NCBI GenBank assembly: GCA_027492205.1 | Contig: JAOZFN010000009.1 | Location: forward strand, 1 to 64,000 | Source: Thermoproteota archaeon | GTDB taxonomy: Archaea; Korarchaeota; Korarchaeia; Korarchaeales; Korarchaeaceae | DNA: 64,000 nucleotides | Direction: 5' to 3' | Position numbers and translations under genes: made by a program | Shown: one piece after another, positions 18,842-28,256 of the stretch | How the letters are laid out: each line of letters begins with the position of its first letter | How positions within the stretch are numbered: position 1 is the first letter of the stretch | The notes under the pieces: generated by a model | Told to the model about the DNA's origin: nothing | What the model saw: only the letters and a program-made list of their open reading frames with translations | Databases searched by the model: none

Positions 18842-20212
18842 GTGTGGAGCTTGTTAGAAATCCTCAGAACCAACCCGAGTTCCCTCAAGGAAGACCTAGA
18901 ACGGAGAGGGATGGATCCCACGGTGGTCGATGAAATCGTCGACTTAGACAGGAGATGGAGGGAGGCCAAGTTCAAGCTCGACGAGATGAGGAGGTATAGA
19001 AACGAGGTCACCGCAAGGATAGCGAGGGCCCGGGGAGACGAGAAAGAAGGCCTCCTGAAGGAAGCCAAGCGGGCGGCCCAAGAGGTCAAGTTACTGGAAG
19101 CCGAGTACTCCAGGCTCACAAAGCTGAGGATGGAGGCCCTGTGGAGACTTCCGGCGGCCCCCCTCCACCCGGAGGTCCCTACGTGCCCCGAAGGAGAGGA
19201 GGGGGTTCCCATCAGGTTCTGGGGCAAGCCGATGGTCTGGGAGGGCCACCTCGAGCAATTCCGCAAGGAGACAGAGAGGTGGGGTTTCAGGGTGGACTAC
19301 GAGGTCATTGACTGGAAGCCGAAGGGCCACGCGGACGAGGCGGAGATGGTGCTGGGGCTGGGAGACACCAAGAGGGCGGCCAAGGTCTCGGGCGCCAGGT
19401 TCTACTACCTATACGAGGACCTGGTCTGGCTCGACATGGCTCTGATGCTCTTTGCGGTGGACAGGCTGACGGCCAAGGGCTTCCGCCTCGTCATCCCGCC
19501 CTACATGATGAGGGGAGAGCTCTACAGGGGGGTAACACCCCTCGAGGACTTCATCGACGCGATATACAAGGTCGAGGGGGAGGACCTCTTCCTGATATCC
19601 ACGTCCGAGCACCCGCTCGTCGCGCAGCACGCGAGGGAGGAGATACAGGACGCAAGCCTACCCCTCCTGTACGTCGGGGTGAGCCCCTGCTTCCGCAAGG
19701 AGGCGGGCGCCCACGGGAGAGACACGAAGGGAATATTCAGGGTGCATCAGTTCCACAAGGTGGAGCAGGTCGTCTTCAGCATGCCTGAGGAGAGCTGGGA
19801 GTGGCACGAGAGGCTCATTCAAAATGCAGAGGAACTCTGGCAGGCCCTCGAGATTCCGTATAGGATAGTCGACATATGCGCCACGGAGCTCGGGCCGCAG
19901 GCGGCCAGGAAGTTCGACCTGGAGGCCTGGATGCCGGCGCAGGGCAGGTACCGCGAGATGGTTAGCTGCAGCAACTGCCTAGACTGGCAGGCCTTCAGGC
20001 TGGGGATTAGGTACATAAGGGGTGACGGGACGAGAGGTTACGTCCACACCCTCAACAGCACGGCCATCGCCACGACCAGGGCAATCACCGCGATCTTGGA
20101 GAACTACCAGCGGCCTGACGGAGCCGTGGAGATCCCAAGGGTCCTGAGACCGTACCTAGAACCGTTCAGTCGCGCTCCAAAGGAGTTGATCCTTCCAGCC
20201 TCCAATAGGTAG
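18842..20212 (+). CDS. serS: Seryl-tRNA synthetase
   Basis: N-terminal coiled coil, STSE, CFRKEAG..GIFRVHQFHKVEQ, EMVSCSNC, HTLNSTA. Confidence 0.96.
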   Translation: MWSLLEILRTNPSSLKEDLERRGMDPTVVDEIVDLDRRWREAKFKLDEMRRYRNEVTARIARARGDEKEGLLKEAKRAAQEVKLLEAEYSRLTKLRMEALWRLPAAPLHPEVPTCPEGEEGVPIRFWGKPMVWEGHLEQFRKETERWGFRVDYEVIDWKPKGHADEAEMVLGLGDTKRAAKVSGARFYYLYEDLVWLDMALMLFAVDRLTAKGFRLVIPPYMMRGELYRGVTPLEDFIDAIYKVEGEDLFLISTSEHPLVAQHAREEIQDASLPLLYVGVSPCFRKEAGAHGRDTKGIFRVHQFHKVEQVVFSMPEESWEWHERLIQNAEELWQALEIPYRIVDICATELGPQAARKFDLEAWMPAQGRYREMVSCSNCLDWQAFRLGIRYIRGDGTRGYVHTLNSTAIATTRAITAILENYQRPDGAVEIPRVLRPYLEPFSRAPKELILPASNR

Positions 20213-20279
20213 GACGGATCCGACCATCTCGATAACGCTCAATAAGATGCGGATATCGTTCCTATTGGGAGGGTTCGAG

Positions 20280-20720
20280 CTGACCGAGATAACGCGCACC
20301 GGCGTATCCATCCCGAGCGGACTCCTCAAGGAGCTCGATAGAATCGTCGAAGCGCTGGATGTGCCGAGCAGGTCAAAGGCCATAAGCGAGGCCATAGCCG
20401 AGTACATAGGCGACCGCGCCTGGTTGCTGGAGGGCGGCGAGGACTACGAGGTTGTGGGGTCGGTGACCGTCCTGTACAGACACGAGGAGACCTCGGAGAG
20501 GATCACCGAGATCCAGCACAGGTTCATCGAGATAATCAGGTCGACCTCCCACGTACACCTGGACGTGGGCAGGTGTCTAGAGGTCACGATAGTAGCTGGG
20601 CCTGTGTCGAAGGCGAGGGAGCTGGTGAGGACGCTCCACTCCATCAGGGGCGTAGAGGCTATAAGGGCGTCGGTCTTTCCCGTGGGGAGGGCGGGGGACC
20701 GTGGCCACCCCCACGGCTGA
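20280..20720 (+). CDS. nikR: NikR-like ribbon-helix-helix metal-responsive regulator (probable CTG start)
   Basis: TRTGVSIP..SRSKAI RHH domain; QH..HVHL..CLE metal-binding motif. Confidence 0.8.
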   Translation: MTEITRTGVSIPSGLLKELDRIVEALDVPSRSKAISEAIAEYIGDRAWLLEGGEDYEVVGSVTVLYRHEETSERITEIQHRFIEIIRSTSHVHLDVGRCLEVTIVAGPVSKARELVRTLHSIRGVEAIRASVFPVGRAGDRGHPHG

Positions 20721-21579
20721 GAGAGAGAAGGCCAACGTGTGGTTCACGGACCACCACACGGAGAACCTCACTCTCTCCTTCAGAGTCAAGGACCTCCTCT
20801 GGTCGGAGAAGAGCAAGTACCAGAGGATAGACGTGCTGGACACGTACGAGTACGGCCGAATACTAGTGTTGGACGGCCTGATCCAGTTAACGGAGCGGGA
20901 CGAGTTCATCTACCACGAGATGCTGGTCCATCCGGCGATGATGACCCACCCCAGACCCCGGAGCGTGTTGATCGTGGGGGGAGGAGACGGCGGGGCGGCG
21001 AGAGAGGTCCTGAAGCACCCCACCGTCCGTAGGGTGGTTCAGGCAGAGCTGGACGAGAGGGTGGTGGAGGTCTCTAAGAGGTTCTTCCCTCAGCTCGCGG
21101 CGTCCTACTCGGACCCTAGGCACGAACTCGTGATAGCGGACGGGTACGAGTTCATGGACCAGACAGAGGAGCGGTTCGATGTGGTCATCGTCGACAGCAC
21201 CGATCCGGTCGGCGAGGCGAGAAAGCTCTTCACGAGGGATTTCTACTCCAAGGTCAAGGGCGTCTTGGCTCAGGGCGGCATAGCCGTCGCCCAGGCCGAG
21301 ACCCCCTTCCTCTACCCGCAGGTCACCAAGGGACTCTACGACGTCTTCAAGTCCGTGTTCGGGCACGTTAAGCTCTACCTGGCCTTCACGCCCACCTACC
21401 AGAGCGGGATGTGGGGGTTCGTGATGGGCTCCGACACCCCCCTCGAGGTAGACAGGGACCTCCTCGAGGAGCGGTATGCGGAGAGGGGATTGAGGGGATC
21501 CCTGAAGTTCTACAACCCCGGGGTCCACCTGGGCCTCGCCGAGCTGCCGAACTTCCTGAGGGACCTCGTCTCTCGCTAG
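20701..21579 (+). CDS. speE: Polyamine aminopropyltransferase (spermidine synthase)
   Basis: LDGLIQLTERDEFIYHEML, GGGDGG, VDSTDP. Confidence 0.93.
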   Translation: MATPTAEREKANVWFTDHHTENLTLSFRVKDLLWSEKSKYQRIDVLDTYEYGRILVLDGLIQLTERDEFIYHEMLVHPAMMTHPRPRSVLIVGGGDGGAAREVLKHPTVRRVVQAELDERVVEVSKRFFPQLAASYSDPRHELVIADGYEFMDQTEERFDVVIVDSTDPVGEARKLFTRDFYSKVKGVLAQGGIAVAQAETPFLYPQVTKGLYDVFKSVFGHVKLYLAFTPTYQSGMWGFVMGSDTPLEVDRDLLEERYAERGLRGSLKFYNPGVHLGLAELPNFLRDLVSR

Positions 21580-23444
21580 CCCCCCTCTAGGTTCTTGGAA
21601 GTCCACTGCCGGAGGTAGTGAGGCAGGTCTTCGTGGTACACGACCGTGGCCGTCTCCCTAACGAAGTCTGGGAGGAGGGAGAAGTAGGCTGGCCTGGCGT
21701 ACCGATTGTCCCCGAGAACGAACACGCCTGGCTCGTCGTGAGATCTTATGACCCTGCCCAGAGCCTGGGAGGCCCTTCGGAGAGCGGGAACCACGTAGGC
21801 AAGGTACCTTCCCCTCTCCCTTCCGTGCTCCTTCTCTCTGAACTCGAGCAGGAGCCTGGTCCTGGTGTTCATTCGATCGAAGGGTATCCCAACCAAGTAG
21901 ACTCCGACCAGCTCCCTCCCCGGGAAGTCAGCACCCTCGCTGAACCTCCCGCCCATTGGGGCGAGCAGGACCGCGGGACTCTCGGTCTCGGCGGCGCCCT
22001 TGAACTCCTCAAGCACCCTCCGGGCCTCGTCCCCGCTCATGTCCTCTCTCTCCACGAAGAGAGGTCTGCCGAGCCTCGCGCAGGCCTCCGAGACGCCGTC
22101 AATTATCACGCCCTGAATCCTGTAGCTGGCGGTGAACACCGCGACGTTCCCCGGAACGTTCTCCAAGAAGTCTGAGACGGAATCCACGTAGGCTTCGGCC
22201 ATGCCGGGCGGTAGCGACTCGCCCCTAGTGGTGAGGTCTCTGGTGATGAAGGACTCCACCCTCTCTGGATCGACCTCGGAGGGCACGTTGGCGGGGGCGC
22301 ACGAGTCCAGGCCGACGGCCTCTGCGAAGGCGTCTACCGGGGCGAGGGTGCCGGACATGAATATCCTGGCGTAGAACCTTGGCCAGATTTTGGAGAGAAA
22401 CTCCCTGGCCCGCATGTCCCAGACCTCGAACTCTAGGCGATCCCCCCGCGCCCTCGAGACTATGAAGGCCACCCCATCCTCTCCCGCAAGCTTGAGGCAC
22501 TTCTCGAAGAACTCTCCCAAGTGGTGCAGAGACGACCTGGGCGCCTTCCCTTCGGCGGCCCTCAACTTTTGAACCTGGTTACCAAGCTTGATGATGCTTG
22601 CGACGTCCCCCTCCTCGAGCCCGCCCGCCGCCAGGAGGTCTAGCGGGTAGAAGACCCCGTCCTCATCTATTTTCTGGCCCACTCTCCTCATCTCGAGCAG
22701 GATCGATCTGAGGCTCTCGAGCAGGCCGTCCTCCTCGGGGAAGTACTCTCTAACCTCGGCGATCGCCCTCTCCACCGTGGTAGTGGTCACTTTCTCCGAG
22801 TTTATCGACATGGCGGCTCCCTCGATGTTGTGGGCCTCGTCCACCACGAGGATAGACTTGCTGAAGGGTATGATCCTCCTTATTGCCCAGCCAGCCGGTC
22901 CCAAGATGTAGTTGTAGCTCAGGGCCACCAGCGTGGCATCTCTCAGGACCAAGAACTGCAGGTAGTATGGGCACATCCCCCTCTCCGCCGACACCCTCAT
23001 CAGCTCCGAGAACGTCAGCGGCCTGTCGGTCAGGCCCTCCAGTGGGCGAACCCTCCTGTAGTACACGCACGTCTCCTTCTTCAGGCGACAGAGGTTTTCG
23101 ACGGCCCTGTAGTCCCTGATCCCCCTCTCCCTCGCAAGCAGGCACATGTCCCTCTTGCCCCGGAGCGAGAGTCCGAAGGGCCCCTTACCCCAGCTCTTCC
23201 ACACGGCCGTCAGCTCCTCTATTGGCCTGTCCGTCTCGTTTCCTGTCCTGACCGCCCAGATGATCCTCAGGTCGGAGCCCTCCACCTGGTCGAGAAGGGC
23301 CGCAAGGACCACCGGGGTCTTGCCGAACCCCGTTGGCGCCTGGATGCATATGTTGGCCCCCCTCCTCAGGTTGGCCGCTATGAACTCGATCAGTTCGACT
23401 TGGCGCTTTCTCGGCCTGTATGGAAAGTACTTGAAGCGGCTCAT
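21576..23444 (-). CDS. XPD/Rad3/DinG Fe-S helicase
   Basis: APTGFGKT, four Fe-S cysteines including CPYY, DEAHN, SGTL, QALGRVIRS. Confidence 0.92.
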   Translation of the reverse strand: MSRFKYFPYRPRKRQVELIEFIAANLRRGANICIQAPTGFGKTPVVLAALLDQVEGSDLRIIWAVRTGNETDRPIEELTAVWKSWGKGPFGLSLRGKRDMCLLARERGIRDYRAVENLCRLKKETCVYYRRVRPLEGLTDRPLTFSELMRVSAERGMCPYYLQFLVLRDATLVALSYNYILGPAGWAIRRIIPFSKSILVVDEAHNIEGAAMSINSEKVTTTTVERAIAEVREYFPEEDGLLESLRSILLEMRRVGQKIDEDGVFYPLDLLAAGGLEEGDVASIIKLGNQVQKLRAAEGKAPRSSLHHLGEFFEKCLKLAGEDGVAFIVSRARGDRLEFEVWDMRAREFLSKIWPRFYARIFMSGTLAPVDAFAEAVGLDSCAPANVPSEVDPERVESFITRDLTTRGESLPPGMAEAYVDSVSDFLENVPGNVAVFTASYRIQGVIIDGVSEACARLGRPLFVEREDMSGDEARRVLEEFKGAAETESPAVLLAPMGGRFSEGADFPGRELVGVYLVGIPFDRMNTRTRLLLEFREKEHGRERGRYLAYVVPALRRASQALGRVIRSHDEPGVFVLGDNRYARPAYFSLLPDFVRETATVVYHEDLPHYLRQWTSKNLEGG

Positions 23445-23492
23445 TGACCTCCGCGTTCTCCCACGCGGGTTACGTGATAAATGGTGGGCGAC

Positions 23493-24381
23493 TCAGGAAA
23501 GGGAGACCAACCTTCTTCCCATAACTCTCCGGGTCTCAACCAGCCCAAGCTTCTCTAATATGTCGACGTTCCTCTTGAGGGTCCCGGTCGAGACGCCAAG
23601 CCTGTCCGCTAAGGGCCTTATGGGTTGGGGCCCCTCCCTCTCAAGGAGAACTAAGATGTTCTTCAGAGTTGAATTGCGCAAGGCCACGCGCACCGCGGCG
23701 TCCCTCCTCCTGCCCGGCAGAAAGTAGACCCGTTCCCCCAAGATCTCTTCCGACGTGATCAAACCGGCCCTTTCCATTACCCCCCAAGTGATGCTTGAGC
23801 GTGCTGCGTGGGATCTGAAGCTGATCAAGCTCGGACACGCTGGCGGCCCCCACATCGTCCAAGAGGGGGAGGAGTACTGCCCTGATAGGGTGAGATAAAA
23901 CACCAGATTTGGGAATCCCCTTGACTCTCTGCGGCTGGTGAATCTGCCTCCGCCTGCTAAACGTTGCTCTCAGGGAGCCCAAGACGACGAGCCCAGCCAG
24001 CGAGACCGCGATGAATTTGAGTGGGGTTGCGGCGCCTGGAGAAAGATAGGGGCAGGGAGATTTGGAATCTCGCCCATCATTTCTATGCCCACGAAAATTG
24101 GGAGCCTTTTAGGGGAGGAAGAGGGTCCCGCCGACCAAAATCAGCGCGGCGCCTCGCCTCTCAGATCGAGGAGACCCGGCGTCCAGACTACTATCAGAGA
24201 AGTCCCGTTTGCAGAAGCGAGGCCCTCCAGAGCCTCGTCAGCCTCGTGTACCCAGGCAGACAACTTGCCCTCGCCGACGGTCGAGGCGGCCGTTGCTGGG
24301 ATAAATGCCGGTAGGAAGAAAGAGGCATGTTAGTACGAGTAGCTGAACCCTCAGTCGCTGAGTTCTGGGCGGAACCTTCAT
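23493..24381 (-). pseudogene. Frameshifted membrane-anchored double-wHTH transcription regulator
   Basis: Signal-like start MKVPPRTQRLRVQLLVL, TM LKFIAVSLAGLVVLG, wHTH1 VLSHPIR..STLKHHLG, +1 shift in a G6 tract (C6 at 23780-23785), then VMERAGLI and wHTH2; a further shift and an in-frame TGA lie upstream. Confidence 0.7.
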
Positions 24382-24617
24382 CAGCTTTTCAAATTTGGCC
24401 ACGGAGGATCTTTTGTCATACCCCTTTTGTTTCGGCCGCTAGGACTGCGCTGAGGAGATCTGGTTCTATGCAGAGGGTCCCCCCATTATTCACATGTCAG
24501 CTCTCGGACTATCCGTATCCCGACCTCCCCAACGCACAACGGCCAGCTTCTCACATAAGCGCTCGACTTGATCAAAACACGGTCGATGCTCAAAAACGGT
24601 ATGAGGGGGAAGCCCCC

Positions 24618-24989
24618 CTATCCGAGCAGGGGGAGGAGCAGCGAGATGCCCAGCAAGAGCCCGACGATTGCCGACAGCACTATGCCCAGTACGAAGGCCA
24701 CTACCGCTATAACTATGGCCTGTCCCCAGCCTATGTCAAACCAGACCTTGATCAGCCATATCCAGACGACGATGGCCACCAAGAACCCTATGACCGGAAT
24801 TAGCTTCACCAAGATGACGTTCAGTACGGCGCCGATGAGGGCTAGTAGGGCCACGGAGAGCAGGCCCTTTTCTTTTTCTTTCGGCAGGACGAACCTCTGA
24901 GAGAGCCACAGCGCGGTCACGTTAGCAACAAATGCGGCCAGTGCGACGGCGGGCGCCCAGGTCACACTCCCAACTCCGAAAGCTGGCAT
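24618..24989 (-). CDS. Small multi-pass membrane protein
   Basis: About four hydrophobic helices; IKVWFDIGWGQA motif. Confidence 0.75.
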   Translation of the reverse strand: MPAFGVGSVTWAPAVALAAFVANVTALWLSQRFVLPKEKEKGLLSVALLALIGAVLNVILVKLIPVIGFLVAIVVWIWLIKVWFDIGWGQAIVIAVVAFVLGIVLSAIVGLLLGISLLLPLLG

Positions 24990-25037
24990 TGTAAGATTCT
25001 GCCTCTTCCCCTGAGATATAAGCCTACTCAACCCGGG

Positions 25038-25634
25038 TCACATGCCAGGCCTCCTCAGCCTCGGGTCGGAGGGGGAGTACGGAAATGGACGGCCGAGCGT
25101 GTCGAGGGTGACGATCTCTTCGACCGGCCTCCTGCCTGTGGTTCTCGGTGAGGCCCGCGGCCTCCCGACGGTGAGCACAGCAACGGGACGCAGACCCGCG
25201 CCGACAGCCCCGACGGCTCTGAGCACGGCCTCATCGTTGAAGGCGCCCACCCAGCAGGTCCCGTATCCGAGGGCGTGGGCGGCGAGCATGGCGAACGTGC
25301 ACGCTATCGTGGCATCCTGAAGCGAGTAGAGCTCAGCCCCCCTGGTCCCGTACCTCCTCGCCGACACCGCAGGTTCAGCGAGAAACACCAGGGACACTGG
25401 GGCCTCAGCTACGAATCTCTGCCCCCAGCAGGCATCGGCGAGTCTCCTCCTAGTCTCCGGATCCTTCGCGACTACAATTCTATACGCTTGCAGGTTGCCG
25501 GCCGACGGCGCGCTGCAGGCCGCCTCTATTATCCTGTTCAGGTCTTCCTCACCCACCGGATCCGGGAGGTAAGACCTCACCGACCTCCTGCGGCCCATCA
25601 CCTCGAACAGGTCGGTGCAGTCCTTCCTCCCCAT
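25038..25634 (-). CDS. Nitroreductase family protein
   Basis: RRSVRSY, APSAGNLQ, GYGTCWVGAF. Confidence 0.92.
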   Translation of the reverse strand: MGRKDCTDLFEVMGRRRSVRSYLPDPVGEEDLNRIIEAACSAPSAGNLQAYRIVVAKDPETRRRLADACWGQRFVAEAPVSLVFLAEPAVSARRYGTRGAELYSLQDATIACTFAMLAAHALGYGTCWVGAFNDEAVLRAVGAVGAGLRPVAVLTVGRPRASPRTTGRRPVEEIVTLDTLGRPFPYSPSDPRLRRPGM

Positions 25635-25635
25635 G

Positions 25636-26745
25636 TCACCCCAGCTCCTTCCTCAGCTCCCTCTCCATGAGCTCGACGTCCTCCATCGTCAGCCTGCCGT
25701 AGCTGATCCTCATCCACTCCGGGGGCGCCCCGAAGGCCGCGCCCGGAACCACCCCCACCACGACATCCCTGGACGGGTCGAGGAGCCTCGAGACCAGTTC
25801 AGAAGAGTCCGGGAACTTAGGGTGCCTAGCGAAGACGTAGAACGCCCCCTTAGGCTCGACGAACTCGAATCCGAGCTTCATAAGGGCCCCTACCAAGGCG
25901 TCTCTCCTGAGCCTGTAGAACTCCCTCACCCCCTCGAAGTAGACTTCGTCGGCGGCCCGCACCTCCTCCGCGAACACCATCTGGGAGATGTCGCTGGACC
26001 CGGCCGTCGTGTGGTAGACGATTCTCCCTATCCTCTGAGCGACCTCCCTGTCCGACGAGTAGATGTAGCCTATCCTTATCCCCGGGAGGGAGAGGCTCTT
26101 CGAGGCAGTGTCCAGTATTAGATCCCCGGGGAAGGGTGGCCTGCCCTGGAAGTATATCTCATGGTACACGGCGTCGTTTATCAGGGCAACTCCCCGCCTG
26201 CTAAGCTCCTCCCAGAGCTCCTCGATCTGCCTCGAGGGTGGTACGTGCCCCGTAGGGTTATTGGGGAAGTTGATCAGCACACCCCTGACATCGTCCGAGA
26301 GCTTGGACAGGATCTCCTCAACGAGGTCCCCGGACAGGGGGTCGTACGTGTCGTACTTGACGCCAGCAGTCTCTGCCTGTGGATAGTAGAGCGGAAAGCC
26401 GGGCTTCGGTAGAAGTAACTTCCCCCCTCGGAACAGGGCCATGGACACGAAGCAGGCATGTGCCCCGCTGGCGGTTATGACAATCCTCTCAGGATCTTCG
26501 GGCAGGCCGAGCGTCCTCGCAGCGAACTCCGCGGCCGCCTTCCGCGTGGATTTCGTCCCCACAAAAGGTGTGTAGGACCTCCCCACCCCCTTAGCTCTCC
26601 GTAGAACGTCCTCCACGGGTAAGGGGGGATCGTGAGAGGGGGCCCCTATGTGAGCGTCGACCACGACTTTCCCCTGGCCTCTCAGGCTATCGCACCGAGC
26701 GAAAACGTCTCTAATGGACAGTACCTGAGTCCGCGAACCCGACAA
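25636..26745 (-). CDS. Class I/II PLP-dependent aminotransferase
   Basis: NFPNNPTG, DAVY, SKSLSLPGIRIG, PKGAFY. Confidence 0.9.
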   Translation of the reverse strand: MSGSRTQVLSIRDVFARCDSLRGQGKVVVDAHIGAPSHDPPLPVEDVLRRAKGVGRSYTPFVGTKSTRKAAAEFAARTLGLPEDPERIVITASGAHACFVSMALFRGGKLLLPKPGFPLYYPQAETAGVKYDTYDPLSGDLVEEILSKLSDDVRGVLINFPNNPTGHVPPSRQIEELWEELSRRGVALINDAVYHEIYFQGRPPFPGDLILDTASKSLSLPGIRIGYIYSSDREVAQRIGRIVYHTTAGSSDISQMVFAEEVRAADEVYFEGVREFYRLRRDALVGALMKLGFEFVEPKGAFYVFARHPKFPDSSELVSRLLDPSRDVVVGVVPGAAFGAPPEWMRISYGRLTMEDVELMERELRKELG

Positions 26746-26823
26746 CTAGTCTCCCTTGCCCCCAGTCAGGTATTGGAAAAACCTTTTTCTCCCGGTGGGG
26801 CGGCCCCTCCGAGCGAAGTTCTG

Positions 26824-28200
26824 CTAAACTCTCCCTAGCCCGGACGTCTTGCTGAATTTCTCGCCCAACACCGACTCCATTGCGGCCCTCTTCCTAGCGT
26901 ACTCGGCCATGGACTCGGCGCCCAGCTCCTCGAACAGGCTTGCAGCCTTCAGGTACCACCCGGCTGCCTCCGCATGGGATACCTCCGAGACGAGCTCGGC
27001 AATCCACAGCGTGGCGCGGGCCTCGACTTCGGCCACACCCGGTAGGTCGATGCCGGCCTCCCTGACACCCGCGGTCGAGAGCTTGAGCTCAGCCCACGCC
27101 CTAAACGCCCGATGCTTCAGCCCAGACTCGGTGAAGGCGAGGGCGGCCCTCTCAAGCGCCTCGTGATACTGAGCGAGGACCGGGGCCCCGGAATCGGCGT
27201 GGGGTCGGAGGGTCTCGGCGGCCTCTTGAAAAAGAACGCCTGCTAAAGCGCTCTTTCCGGACTTAACGGCCAGGCGTCCAGCTTTCATCAGCAACCTCCA
27301 CCTCCTAATGGGATCACGGCCTCTAGAGGACAGGGTTGACAGGATCGCCGCGGCAGCAAGCGGGAGCTCGGCCGCCTGAGCCTCCTCCGCGACCTCCTCC
27401 GAGTTCAGCTCCGGGGCGACCCGGATGACGGCAACCGCCTCAGCCCAGAAGCCGGCGTCTATCATGGCGTCCAAGGTCGCCAGCCGAGCACGTCGACTAA
27501 GCTCGGCCGCCGTTAGGCGGCCGATTAGACTCCACACGAAGGATGGCCAGTTCCCCAGGATGGATACCAGTACATCTCTCAAAGATCGGGCGGAGATTCT
27601 TCCGTCCTCCGCCCTCTCATACGACTCCTTCATGACGGATAGTACGATACCAGCGGGCCATCCAACCCTGCCCAGGGCGTCAACTCCTCTAAGATCTCTC
27701 CCAGACCGCTCAAATTCCTTGGCCAGGGACTGCTCGAGCCTCCGAAGTATGGCCGGATGAACATTCGTCAGGGATCCCGTCGCCAGCCTCAGGGCACTCG
27801 CAACGGGGCCATCCGCTCGCTTGGGCGAGTCTCGTTCAGCCCACTTGTGGTGAAGGGTCGCGGCGGCGAGCGCGCCCATGAAGAGGGCCTCCGGGTTAAC
27901 ATCCAAGCGATCCAGCGCCTTGAGGATCCGGGGGACTGCGGACGGATCCCGCAGGGTTAGGGCGTAGCCGAACCGGTACCACCAGTCGTAGTCGGTGGGA
28001 AGGTCCCCTCGGGGGCTGATGCCGAAGAGCGCCGCCCTGCGAAGCAGGGGAAGCCAGAGCACTAGTGACCTGAGCTTTGAGGCGTTCGCCGCCTTGGCTA
28101 AGCTCGAGAGGATCTCCTCCGACGAGGAACTCTCGGTCCGACGGTGCGACCGCAAGGCCGCCGAGAACAGCCTGGCCGCCAATCCGGGCTGAGGGAGCAC
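26824..28200 (-). CDS. Hypothetical alpha-helical (TPR/SNAP-like repeat) protein
   Basis: Ala-rich helical repeats, e.g. AAGWYLKAASLFEELG. Confidence 0.55.
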   Translation of the reverse strand: MLPQPGLAARLFSAALRSHRRTESSSSEEILSSLAKAANASKLRSLVLWLPLLRRAALFGISPRGDLPTDYDWWYRFGYALTLRDPSAVPRILKALDRLDVNPEALFMGALAAATLHHKWAERDSPKRADGPVASALRLATGSLTNVHPAILRRLEQSLAKEFERSGRDLRGVDALGRVGWPAGIVLSVMKESYERAEDGRISARSLRDVLVSILGNWPSFVWSLIGRLTAAELSRRARLATLDAMIDAGFWAEAVAVIRVAPELNSEEVAEEAQAAELPLAAAAILSTLSSRGRDPIRRWRLLMKAGRLAVKSGKSALAGVLFQEAAETLRPHADSGAPVLAQYHEALERAALAFTESGLKHRAFRAWAELKLSTAGVREAGIDLPGVAEVEARATLWIAELVSEVSHAEAAGWYLKAASLFEELGAESMAEYARKRAAMESVLGEKFSKTSGLGRV

Positions 28201-28256
28201 GACGCCGCCGCAGCTCTGTACGTTAAGACTTGGACATTCCGAACGTAATACGTCGG

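Noticed and set aside
24340-24390. Box C/D sRNA (TGATGA...CTGA on the minus strand)
   Set aside because: Too short for two guides, and better explained as the start of the TM-wHTH pseudogene
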